64,000 bases of DNA from Malacoraja senta. Its lineage: Eukaryota. The DNA lies in contig CM075989.1 of assembly GCA_038087875.1 (NCBI GenBank), forward strand, positions 17,238,001-17,302,000. Reading direction: 5' to 3'. Each line of letters starts with the position of its first letter. Position 1 is the stretch's first letter. This document shows, in pieces, positions 52,492-64,000 of the stretch. The translations under genes were made by a program, and so were the position numbers. Below the pieces are notes generated by a model, which worked only from the letters and a program-made list of their open reading frames with translations, ran no database searches and was not told where the DNA came from.

Positions 52492-52814
52492 AAAGCCCTG
52501 TCCCACTGTATGAGTTCATTCAAAGAGTTTGCCCTGATTCGAACTCGGAGATTTACGGTAATGGCCGCTCGTAAGTACTCGGGGCTCTCGTGGACATTTT
52601 TCAACGTGTTGAGAAATCTTCACGAGTCTTCCCGAGCTTAGCTGTCATTAGCGAGTCTTCCCGAGTACCTGCCGGTAGCGTTACGAGCCGCGAAGGGACG
52701 TCCCCGAGCTCCGACGTACCCGCTATGTTCATTCTACGTGCTTACCACGAGTTTGATTTTTTTTTTAAACTCGGCAGAGCTCTTGAATGAACTCGTACAG
52801 TGGGACAGGGCTTT
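52492..52814. mobile_element. Second copy of the same MITE family (a related right half lies at about 17260-17456)
   Basis: Colinear with 19021-19337. TIRs AAAGCCCTGTCCCACTGTA / TACAGTGGGACAGGGCTTT. TSD not clear. Confidence 0.75.
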
Positions 52815-53461
52815 CAGACTCTACATATGCAATATGGATTGCTGCATTTATTGCATGTCACTATTTGGATAAACAGAGGGTGAGGCAGGATGTGAAGCAG
52901 TCATTCATTCCACGACACATCTCCAAGTTTTTGAAACAAATTATCAAATTTGCACCATTCCCTCGTTCTTTCCCCAAAGACCTGCAAACCTTTCCTCGAA
53001 GTAGACATGCCAAGCTATTATTGAATCCTCTTCCACCACCTTTTCAGGAAGTATATTCCAAATCCAACAATTTGCTGCTTAAAAAAATTATTCTGCGCTC
53101 CTCCAACTAATTCCTTAAAACTGCATCTCTGGTTAACCACGACTCTGCCTCTTGAAACTGTTTGTCCTTATTTGTTCCATCAAACCAGCATAAACTGCTA
53201 GAGGCAGCTGTGTCTGCTCATCACATGTAGTCTTGATTGTTGCAGCTCTAGCCAGCCAATGCAAATGTCTACAATTTACTGGAACTCTAGTTGGCAGTTC
53301 TCTCAGGGTCAATTAAGGGTGAGCCTAATGGTGAAGCTTCGGATCCCATCGGTTCTGGGCTACTGGTAAATTAAACTGCTGCCAATTCCATCCAATATGG
53401 AAGCCAGGAAGGAAGTGAAGGAAAGAAAAGGGGACAAACATTCCAGAGGCAATAGGTGCTC

Positions 53462-53925
53462 AGAGTCATACCAGAATAGAAACTGGCCCTTCTGCCCATC
53501 TTGTCCATGACAAGCAAGATGCCTCATTTACATTGGTCCTCCCACCCTGCCCATGTTTGGCCCATATTCATCTAAACATTACCTATCGATGCACCTCCCC
53601 AGATGTATTTTCAATGTAGTTATAGTATTTGCCTCAAATATCTCCTCCGGTAGCTTATTCCATATACCCACCACCCTCTGCATAAAAAGGTTGCCCCTCA
53701 GGTTCCTATTAAATCTTACCTCTCTCACATTAAATCTGTTCTTGATTCCCCTACTGGGTAAACAACTCCATGCACTCACCCTATCTATTCCCCTTGTGAT
53801 TTTTATAAGATAACCCCTCATCCTTCTGTACTCCAAGGAATGAAGTCCTAGCCTGCCCACCCGCTTCCTCCAGCTTAGGCTCTCAAGTCCTGGCTACATC
53901 CTCGTATAACTTCTCTGCACTCCTT
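53462..53925 (-). mobile_element. CR1/HER1-like LINE 3' fragment
   Basis: LGLHSLEYRRMRG..QRVVGIWNKLPEE. Confidence 0.85.
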
Positions 53926-56447
53926 CCTACAGCATTTTAATGTTAATTTTTTGCTGGACATCCTAGTGCGTATGAAGTTAGATAGCTAAGATGTATAAAG
54001 GGGGATACCAAAGTCTGTTTATTGTTAACTGTTGTTATTGAAAACTAAGAAATCAGGCACTTATGCTACCATTATCACATCTTCCATATAACATATAAAA
54101 TCAATACAATAGCTATATGTGTTAGACCACAGCTACATACAGTAGCCCCGTGACGTGCAGCAAGTCATACAAACCCCAATAGAGTAAGGGTTATTCCAAC
54201 ACTCGTTTTCATTTCAGACTTCCAGCATCTGGAGATCCTTGATGTTCTGAAAGATTAATCTGGTTTTGATGGTGTTGGGTTAAGGATAAATGTTGGCCGG
54301 GACAATGGAGAGAACGCAGCTGTTTAGCCTTGAATAGTGTCAAGTGGTCTTAAACATCCATCTTAAGTCGGCTTCCTGCTTAGCATCTTCTCTGAGAGAC
54401 GCCTGCCCTCCCGCAGCACTCCCTTGGTACCACCAGTAGGCATTTATCTTCTAAGTACAACTTCTGTCTTGCTTCCATGCGGCTTGTGGCTGTGCCAAGA
54501 ACAATTCAATGGAGCTGACAAACATCTTGGCTTTGCTACGATTGAACTACATGCCTTCTAACAGTCCACCGGAGATAAAGGAGCAGATGTGTACCGATTG
54601 CAAAAACAACTATGAGAGGTATAGATAGGGTACACAGTCCGAACCTTTTCCCTTGGGTGGAAATGTCCAACACTAGAGGGCATAGCTTTAAGGTGAGAGA
54701 GGGAAAGTTTAATAGAGATGTGCGGCACAACTTTTTTCACACACAGAGTGGCAGGGACCAGACACGCATTACAAGGGGTGGGGGTGGAGGCAGATGCAAT
54801 AGGGACATTCACAAGGTATTCAGGAAGGCATATGGAAGTGCAAGGAATAGAGGGATATGGATCATGAGATCAGATGAGATCACTTTAACTTGGCATCATG
54901 TTCAGCAAAATCAGTGTTTTATGTTCTATGCTCTAGATTGTGGGGAAAAGAATAATAGGGTTACAGTACGAGTGTATTTCAACTTTCCCAACATTACCTG
55001 GAATCGCTTTAGACTGAAAGGCTGAGAAGGTAGAATATTTAAAGTAGATCCAGGAAATCTTTTTGAGTCAGAATGTAGATGTTCCTTGCTGGGAAGTGCA
55101 AATTCTGGACAACCTTAGGAATATGGTTGGGCAAATCTCTGAAGTATCTATGGGGAGCATCTTGGAGATAGTGCCATAAACTTGTACGTTTCAAGATAGT
55201 TATGGAAACGGTTAAGGATGGCTGGGAAATGAAGCTACTGAATAGGGAGGCGGCAGATTTCAATATCGTAAGACAGGACCTGGCAAAAGTAAGCTGGGAT
55301 CAATTACTTGCAGATCAGCCTACGTTTGGCAAGTCAGAGATGAGGTCTCAAAGGAGTAGAACTCATCAGTATAGTAGAACAACATTGCAGTTAGAGAATT
55401 CAGGAAAGGTGGCAATAAAATTCCACTGCAAGGATGTACCTTTTGAAAGGAGATGAGCAGGAATTTCTTTAGTCAGAGGGTGGTGAATCTGTGGAATTCT
55501 TTGCCACAGAAGGCTGTGGAGGCAAAGTCAGTGGATATATTTAAGGCAGATTTAGATAGATTCTTGATTAGTATGGGTGTCAGAGGTTATGGGGAGAAGG
55601 CAGGAAAATGGGGTTAGGAGGGAAAGATCAATCAGCCATGTACTCCTATTACTTATGAATGATCTAATGATAATGAAGGATTTGTGTACATAATGGTTGA
55701 TAGTCGGTATGGACTCAGGGTGTCAAAGAGCTTGTATTCAAAAGGAATCACTCTATGAATGAGGAGGAGGCAACAAACATCCTCCTGCTTCCTTACATGA
55801 GCCAGTTCAGATGGAGGGTGTTGGCGGACTATCAGAAAAGCAGCGGTTCTTCCTAAACCCACCTGAGATTACAGAGGGCCAGAATCTAGGTCCACGTTAT
55901 CTTTGAACTGAGAGATACCAGGATCAATGGGAGCAGTCTGAAATCAGATGATGAAGCTGGGATTGGGAATGGAGCCCAGAAGGCTCCCTTTCCCTGCCAC
56001 AGCCAGCTGGCCCACTGTGGAAGCTGCAATCCTTGGTTGTTTTCATCTCTCATTACCAACAATTACAGCCACAAAGCTGTTAATTGTTTGTCTGCACTTT
56101 TGCAACTCAACACTATAATTAAGTAAAAAATATTGTTCTATAAATGGCAAAGCAGCTAGTAATACCATCCCAATAACAACAGCAACAGTCCCCAAAAATG
56201 TGCTTTAACTCATGTACACTAGTCTCACCTCCCATCGGTGTAGTTACGATGCAACCCAGGTATTAAAGGGTTTTCCATTTGAACTCACAGACCCTGAATT
56301 AGCAAATTTAGAACTGACTCTAATTACAGAGTAACTCAACAGCAAAACACAGCAAAAGCCAGAACTTTTTAATGGCTTTCCACTCAAAAGAGTGGAATAC
56401 TGAAAGGCCTGGATAGAGTGGATGTGGAGAGGATGTTTCCACTAGTG

Positions 56448-56656
56448 CAGGGGTTCCCAACCTTTTTCATCCCGTTTACCCCTGGCAACTTTAATAGCAC
56501 ATAACAATGTTATTTCACTTATTTATGAACAACTAATGATGAACAGATACCGTATACCAGAACCAAACACAGTCAGTCAATGAGAAAAAATATGTACAAA
56601 TCCAGAATCAACAAATTTAGCCCGAGTAGGCAGAATTTACCCCCTGGGAACCATTG
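56448..56656. mobile_element. hAT (Charlie-like) MITE inserted in a CR1 fragment (about 56375-56980)
   Basis: Termini CAGGGGTTCCCA / TGGGAACCATTG. 8-bp TSD cactagtg (56440-56447) / cactaggg (56657-56664) with a central CTAG. Confidence 0.8.
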
Positions 56657-58379
56657 CACTAGGGAGAGTCTAGGATCAGAGGGCACAGCCTCAGAATAAA
56701 AGGACATATATTTCTAAAGGTGATGAGGAGCAATTTATTTAGCCAGAGGGTGGCAAATCTGTGGAATTTATTGCCACTGGTGGCTATGGAGGCCAAGCCT
56801 TTGAGTATTTTTGAAGCAGAGTTTGACAGGTTCTTGAGTAGTTAGGATGTCTAAGATTACAGGGAGCAGGCAGGAGAATGGTGTTGAGAGAGAAAGATAG
56901 ATCAGCCATGATTGAATGGAGTAGATTCGATGGGCCTAATGGCCTAATTCTGCTCCCATGACTTATGAACTTATGAATGCTAAGTTTGCAGCTCGATGAT
57001 ATCTGAGGATTATGAATAAAATAACCACACAGTCTTTGCACAAACTTGCTTATCAAAACATCTGTTACTTTCCATTTCATTGAAAAAACCTGCTGATAAA
57101 GTGTACATTTTGCAACCTATTTCAATGAGAAAAATGGCTGTGTTGCGTTTTAGTGCAGTAATATTATGGACAAGCACATTCTCATCACTCCCACCAGTGC
57201 AAATGTTATCTGCTTGAAATGACATTTCTGTGCTTTCTCTATATGACCAAAATACCACGTTCAAGGTTTCCAATGCAGCTAAAGTCAATTTGTCTTGTTC
57301 CAACTGTCAATTCATGCTCACAAAGTATTATGCACCACAGTGATATATTTCCTGAAGTTTTACTGCTATTTCTCACATTGTAGCATTTGCCGTGGATTTA
57401 AACTAATCTTTGACATGAAATCAAAGTTAAACTGATCCATAACAGACTCCTGGACCCAGCACACGCACTGTTCACTCAGACTTGTCAACAACTCCAAGGC
57501 TTAGCCTCACGTCTCGTTCCACAGATGCTGCCTTTACTGATGTGTATTTTCAGCATCTTCTATTTTTTCTTTGAATTTCCAGCATCTGCAGCATGGAAAC
57601 ATAGAAAATAGGTGCAGTAGTAGGCCATTCGGCCCTTCGAGCCAGCACCGCCATTCAATATGATCATGGCTGATCACCCAGAATCATATTTGCATATTTG
57701 CTTTTCAAAACATGTTACTTTCCATTTCATTGGAAAAATCTGCTGATAAAGCGTACATTTTGGAACCTATTTCAGTGAGAAGAATGGCTATGGAAGATGG
57801 AAGAATTCCATCCAGAATTATACAATGCATATTTGCTGTATTTCATTGTTCTACCTTGATTTTTAGTGTTTCTTTTCTAATCCCTCCTCATTACCAGTTT
57901 GTCATGACTGTTCCTTACTTCATACCCGAGGAATGCAGAGTACACAAAACTACAGACAGAAGCAGAGAGCAGCCAGAACATTAGAAAAAACTGGTTCATT
58001 CAAACTGTCTCGCTTGTAAATAGGCATGTATTACATGTATACATTAAGCATTTGCAACCAGTTTAGGCACATGGCCAACACCAAATGTAACATCAAGATT
58101 TCTTGGTATAAATCATACTGCGCTTCTTCATACAGTAAACTGTACACTGCGGTACTGTGTGAACAACAAACTGGGGGACCGATTCCTTTCATAAACTCAG
58201 CACAGCAAAGTCTTCTACCCCATTGTCAAAGAAGATATTACTGGTGCTGAGCACAGAGAGAATCCACTCCAAGATTGACTAATTACGGAACATTCCTGAA
58301 TCAGACTACAGCAGGAACGGAGCAAGAGCAAGGGAATTATAGAAACGTACAGCATAAAAAAGACCCCAAAAGACTCTTT

Positions 58380-59012
58380 AACTCCTTGAAAGTGGCATCA
58401 CAGCTAGAGTGGTCAAAAAGGCTTTTGGCACATTGGCCATCATCAATCAGAGTATTGAGTATAGACGTTGGGAGGCCACATAAGGTACACTTTTGGTCAC
58501 CATGTTATAGGAAAGATGTTGTCAAGTTGGAAAGGGTGCAGAGAAGATTTACGAGGATGTTGCAAAGGACTCGAGAGCCTGAGCTATAGGGAGAGGTAGA
58601 GCAGGCTCAGACTCTATTCCTTGGAGTGCAGGAGGATGAGGGGTGATTTTATGGAGGTGTCCAAAGTCATGAGAGGAATAGATCGGGTAAACGGACAGAG
58701 TCTCTTGCCCAAAGTAGGGGAATTGAAAATCAGAGGACATAGGTTTAAGGTGAGGGGGAGAGGATTTAATTGGAACCCGAGGGATAACTTTTTTACATAA
58801 AGGGTGGTGGGTATATGGAACGAGCTTCCGGAGGAGTAGTTGAGGCAGGTACTGTCACAACATTTAAGAAACATTTAGATAGGTACATGGATCGAATAGA
58901 TTTAGAGGGATATGGGCCGAACACAGGCAGATGGGAATAGTGTAGATGAGATATCTTGGTCGGTATGGGCAGATCAGGCCGAATGACCTGTTTCCACACT
59001 GTATGACTCTAT
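58380..59012 (+). mobile_element. CR1/HER1-like LINE 3' fragment
   Basis: FWSPCYRKDVVKLERVQRRFTRML remnant and a CR1 3' end. Confidence 0.85.
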
Positions 59013-59227
59013 GACGCCAGGCTTTTCAGAACCTGTAGGCTTCCACATGAGTGGTAAAGCCACCTTTCTAATGTGTACCATGAGATGCCCTGGACTTTGC
59101 AACCATATTTTGAGGCTAATATTCCTCCAGCGGCAAGAGAAGCAAGTTCAGGTGTTGGGCCGACAACATCTAGACTAACAAACTTTATTTGAATAGCAAC
59201 CATTGAACAAACACATCCATTCTGCTG

Positions 59228-59246
59228 CAGCACCACCTGGTGGCCA
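59228..59246 (-). promoter_or_regulatory. Candidate CTCF-binding site
   Basis: TGGCCACCAGGTGGTGCTG, close to the CTCF core consensus, in non-repeat sequence. Motif match only. Confidence 0.4.
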
Positions 59247-59339
59247 CAGATACTGTCCCATTTACTGATCCAGAACAGAGCAGAATTGTCCTGCAAAATT
59301 AGTTTCTGCGGCCCCTGCAAACGCTGCCCTCCTGGTAAT

Positions 59340-60045
59340 AACAGTCCATCTGTGCAAGCTTCAGCTGTTCACATCCTGCACAGCACCACCGAAGTGGGCT
59401 GGATATCAAATACTGACATGATGGAGTACAGGAAGGAGATTGAGAACCTCATAATCTGGTGCCAAGACAACTACCTCTCCCTCAATGCCAGCAAGACAAA
59501 CGAGATTGTGATCGACTTGAGGAAGCGAAACAGTACACACCCATTGTGTGTATAATACACACACACACACACATACACTGATGGAGCCGAAGTAGAGATG
59601 GTTGAACGCTTATTCTTAGGAATAAATATCAACAACCACATCAAAGCAATGGCCAAGAAAGCATACTAAAGCCCTTACTTCCTTAGAAGGCTTAGCAAGT
59701 TCGGCATGTCCCCAACAACCCTCACCAACTTCTACAGATGTGCCGTAGAAAGCATCACAACTTGGTTTGGGAACAGTTCCATTCAAGACCGCATGAAATT
59801 GCAGAGAGTCGTGGACGTAGAGTAGCTCAGGCCATCTTGCAAACCAACCTCCCTTGCATGGACTTCATCAACATTTCACACTGCCTTGGCAACCATCAGC
59901 AGAATTAAGCACCAATCTCAACCTGGGCATTCCTTCTTCTCCCCTCTCCCATCACACAAGCGGAGCAGAAGCTTGAAAACGCATACCTCCAGATTCGGGG
60001 ATAGTTTCTTCCCTGCTGTTATCAGGCAACTGAAGGGTCCTTTAT
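59340..60045 (+). mobile_element. Rex1/Babar-like LINE RT C-terminal fragment
   Basis: EYRKEIENLIIWCQDNYLSLNASKTNEIVIDLRK..TNFYRCAVES remnant. Confidence 0.75.
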
Positions 60046-60810
60046 AACCTTTATCCTGTACTTGCACGAGTCAGGAGCCTTCTTCAGTCTGAAGATGGGT
60101 GCCGACCCGAAACATCGCCTATCCATTCTATCCAGAGATGCTGCCTGACCCGCTGAGTTACTCCAGTGTTTTGTGTCTATCTTTGGTATAAACCAGCATC
60201 TGCAGTTCCTTATTATTACATTGTTTTATGCAAATTGGTCAATGTTGAGAAATGTGTAAAAGAGTGCGTTCGTAGTTATGAAGACAATCACATCGAGCCA
60301 AAAATTCTAGAAATGGATATGAGGCATGATGTGTATAAAGTACGTCTGGAGAAGTTATAAACTGGAATTATTATTGTTTGGAATGAATCCTTCGAGATTT
60401 TAAACACAGTTATAATGAGGAGTTTAATGTAAACAAAATACTGAGTGAATTTATAATTGATTTTTTTAAAGTATATCTGTAAAAAATAATGAGTTGTTTA
60501 ATTTCATATATATATAGCCAACTGATTGCATACTATAATAACTGATAGTTTATACAGTAAAACTCCAATAATCTGTTGGGTGACTTTGGAAATCCCAATG
60601 GTTCTGGATGTGGCTCACCAGATGATGTTTGCCACACACCCTATCCACTCACCAAGGCACTGGATCAAGTGTTCCTTTGCTATTCACTGGGGTCCTGATC
60701 CCACATCGCTGTCTATCTGCCACAGTCTGGTCCCCATGCTCCATTCCCACTCACCAGGGCCCCTGTTCCCAGATTCTCTTCAAAATTATCCAGCACTCCC
60801 TTTAGACTTA

Positions 60811-61012
60811 AAATAGACACAAAATGCTGGAGTACCTCAGCGGGTCAGACAGCATCTCTGGAGAAAAGGAATAGGTAATGTTTCAGAAGAAGGGTCTCGA
60901 CCCAAAACATCACCTATTTCTTTTCTCCAGAAATGCTGTCTGACCCGCTGAATTACTCCAGCATTTTGTGTCTATCTTCGGTTTAAACTAGCATCTGCAG
61001 TTCCTTCCTACA
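60811..61012. mobile_element. Penelope-derived fold-back mini-element
   Basis: Inverted arms meet at the hammerhead motif. 17-bp TSD cactccctttagactta at 60794-60810 and 61013-61029. Confidence 0.85.
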
Positions 61013-61565
61013 CACTCCCTTTAGACTTACTGGGTTTACAATAAAACTTAGTATTCTATTGTGTGACATTTTAAGAAAAAGTAAATTAAATGTTAATGTT
61101 GCAGCTTTAATAGAATACATTCATTAACCCGGGAAATCTGCTGGTTACTTTAGTCAGTCAGTAGTCAGAGTCACAAGCGTACCAAATTATTGACACTTTA
61201 CTCGGCAAGCTTATTTTGTTTTAGTTGTACTCTTGTTTTGTTTTGGAAAGCACAGACAGCACCCGTAGTCAGGATCGAACCCGGGTCTCCGGCGCTACAA
61301 GCGCTGTAAGGCAGCAGCTCTACCACTGCGCCACCATGCTGCTTTGCTGCATGTTTTTAAGTACTGTTGTACCAGATGCTGCATATAGTTTACTGCCTTC
61401 ATTAAAAGATGTTCAGTCATTGATTATATCTTTGTTATTTGCCTTAGGATGCAGCAATGCCAAAGATCCTCAGATACTACATCCCCCAGCTGGAGAATTG
61501 CCAGCCAGAGGAAAGAGCCCTCCCAGTTCACAAAGATCTATTGTTTCAATAAGGTCGCCACCTTT

Positions 61566-61876
61566 TACTTTAGACTTTAGAGATATATGGGTGGAAATGG
61601 GCACTTCAGTCCACCAAATCTGCACCAACCAGCGATCACCCCATAAACAAACACTGTCCTACACACTAGGGACAATTTACAATTTTACCAAAGCCAATTA
61701 ACCTTCAAACCTGTATGCCTTTGGAGCGTGGGAGGATACCAGAACACCTGGGGAAAACCCACGGGGTCACAGGGAGAAAGTAAAAACTCCGCACAGACAG
61801 CACCCGTAGTCAGGATCAAACCATGGTCTCTGGCGATGTAAGGCAGCAACTCTACCGCTGCACCACTGTGCCACCC
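61566..61876 (-). mobile_element. HE1-like V-SINE (a 5' fragment also lies at about 61250-61340)
   Basis: Reverse complement of the same family. Confidence 0.85.
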
Positions 61877-62391
61877 ACAGTTCACTTCTGGACCAACTCT
61901 GACCTGCAACGATCAGCTCGTCTCAGTCTGGACAGTAATGGCTCTGGCAGCTTCTCCTGCTCTGGATTGCTGTCTGGTGGAAGGAACTGCAGATGCTGGT
62001 TTAAATTGAAGATAGACACAAAATGCTGGAGTAACTCAGCGGGACAGGCAGTATCCCTGGAGAAAAGGATTGGTCGCCAATTCCTTCTCTCCAGAGATAC
62101 TGCCTGTCTGGTGGCTAAAGCTGAGAACGGCTTGGTCGATAAGATATGCGCTTGCCTGCTGGGAGAATGTGCAAAGGTCAAGCATTAAACCTAGCAGGAG
62201 GAAATTGCACAGTCAATTACTTCATCCTAGAGGCTCTTTATTCAGCCAATTTGTCACCACTCTGGGTTCACGATCAAAATTGCTGCAGCTGGCTTCATGT
62301 TGCAGGGAGTAATCTGCGATTGTTGGGTTTGTTACTGACAACATCCTAAAGTAAATCCACCACATTATTTTTACATACTACGATCCCAACA

Positions 62392-63164
62392 CTATATGCT
62401 AAGCATGCCTCGGCATTTCCAGTGTGACATGTTAAACATTGTTCAGGTATTTTCATGCTACATGTTCGAAACACTAAACTGATTCTTGTACTACACGTTA
62501 AGCATACCACAATAATTCCAGTTCTACATGCTAAACAAGACAAATTGTTGCTAAACACTTTAACTCCCCCTCCCATTCCCACACTGACCTTTCTGTCCTG
62601 GGCCGCCTCCATTGACAGAGTGAGGCCCGGCGTGAATTGGAGGAACAACACCTCACATTTCACTTGGGCAGCTTACACCCTAGCGGTATGAACATTGACT
62701 TCTCTAACTTCAAGTAACCCTTGCTTTCCCTCTCTCTCCATCCCTCGCCCTTCCCAGTTCTCCGATCTGTCTTACTGTCTCCGACTACATTTTATCTCTG
62801 TTTGCTTTGTTGTTTATCTTATCCCAGCTAACAATGATCTAGTCTACATTTTCCTTAATCTCCATTCCCTTTGTCCTATTTTCACACCATACTTCCTTAT
62901 CTCCCTCTCCCCTAACATCAGTCTGAAGAAAGATCACGACCCAAGACGTCACCCATTCCTTTTCCCCAGAGATGCTGCCTGTCCCGCTGAGTTACTCCAG
63001 CATTTTGTGACTTTCTTCGGTTTATACTCGCATCTGCAGTTCCTTCCTAAGACAAATTGATGTCAGTACAACAAGTTAAAGATACTACAGGAATTCCAGT
63101 GCTATATGCAAAACACACAATCACTCCTTCACTGTATGCTGAACATCCTAGACCAATTCCAGTC
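62392..63164. repeat. Degenerate 33-bp tandem array (about 8 units) split by a Penelope insertion
   Basis: Units of the form cta-YAY-gYt-aaR-ca..att-cca-gtN at 62392, 62425, 62458, 62491 and 62524, resuming after 63059. Confidence 0.7.
62548..63048 (+). mobile_element. Penelope-like element 3' part (GIY-YIG C-terminus, UTR, decayed hammerhead)
   Basis: HFNSPSHSHTDLSVLG...MNIDFSNFK* remnant. 11-bp TSD aagacaaattg at 62537-62547 and 63049-63059. Confidence 0.85.
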
Positions 63165-64000
63165 AAATCTATTGAGCAGAGCTGGAAAATCTGTTAGAAC
63201 AAGCCTTCATAAAAGTCTGCAGTGAGAGACATGTTAAAATTTATTCTGATGTAGGTTCCAATCTCAATTTTTTATTAAAATAAAATAAGATTTCAAAAGT
63301 AGTCAAGTTTAACTTTGAAAATTACTCTTCAACTTTGAAGAACTAGATTTTGAATTGCAAAACAAACTCTTGTTTTAAAGGGACACAAGAGATTTCCAGT
63401 CTGAAGAAGGGTTCCAACCCGAAATGTCACCTATTCCTTCTCTCCAGAGATGCTGCCAGACCCACTGAGATGGTCCAGCGTTTTGTGTCTATCTTCAACA
63501 CAAGAGACTGTAGACATTGGAATCTGGAACAACTAAATAAAAGTTGGAGGAGCTCAGCAGGTCAGGCAGCATCTTTGAAGGGAAAGGAATGAGCAACATT
63601 GCAGGTCGAGACCCTGCATCAGGAGAATGCACTCATACCTTTCCCTCCAGGGAGAAGTTGGACTGACTTGGATTGTTTTCACTGGAATACTAGAGGTTGA
63701 GGGGAGACTTGATAGAAGTATATAAAATTATGAGAGGCACAGATAAGGTAGTGTCAGAACTCTTTTCCCAGCATGGAAATATCAAATGCTAGAGGGCTTA
63801 GCTTTAAGATGAGAGGGGCACAGTTTAAAGGAGACGTGCGGGGCAATTATTTGTACACAGAGGGTGATGAGTGCCCGGAGAGTGATGCTCGAGGTGGTGG
63901 CGGAGGCAGATAAAATAGTGGCATTTAAGAGACTTTTGGATAGGCATAATGATATGAAAGGAATGGAGGGATATGGATTATGTGAAGGTAGATTTGGTCT

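Noticed and set aside
55790..55865. Possible missing HELGH exon (reads PSELAH followed by gtaagg)
   Set aside because: No HExxH motif and no similarity to the expected AEDNGLNLAFTIAHELGH. The true exon must lie beyond the window.
60553..61202. Possible old Tigger-like MITE (TA-CAGTAAAACTCC start)
   Set aside because: The right terminus is too degenerate to support a call.
62392..62547. Constant-period repeat with variable interior, superficially CRISPR-like or like a p53-site array
   Set aside because: Eukaryotic context, no cas genes, and the units are degenerate along their whole length. The CWWG cores are spaced 5 nt apart rather than the 6 nt of a p53 full site.

Overview
Eukaryotic genomic DNA. 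The repeat complement (HE1-type V-SINEs, CR1/HER1, Rex1/Babar, Neptune-type Penelope) points to an elasmobranch, probably a skate or ray (inference). The whole window lies inside one minus-strand gene, ADAMTS17. Six exons with GT-AG boundaries and consistent phases splice into one open frame: 46309-46449, 43022-43172, 12797-12898, 9484-9629, 8522-8688 and 2703-2830, equivalent to mammalian exons 9-14. They cover the end of the metalloprotease domain, the disintegrin-like domain, TSR1 and the Cys-rich domain. The rest is intron densely filled with transposable elements. No prokaryotic or CRISPR system is present. The most interesting signals are: (1) a 741-nt AG-free pyrimidine tract in front of the in-frame-skippable catalytic exon; (2) many Penelope-derived minimal hammerhead ribozyme cores, often at the symmetry axis of short fold-back insertions with 10-17 bp target-site duplications (TSDs); (3) a young SINE resembling teleost AFC SINEs; (4) a 33-bp tandem array split by a Penelope insertion that reconstructs to an open Cys-rich frame; (5) a stem-closed domain in a CR1 3' UTR. 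Repeat-family names come from recognising sequence motifs, not from database searches. Boundaries of old repeats are approximate.
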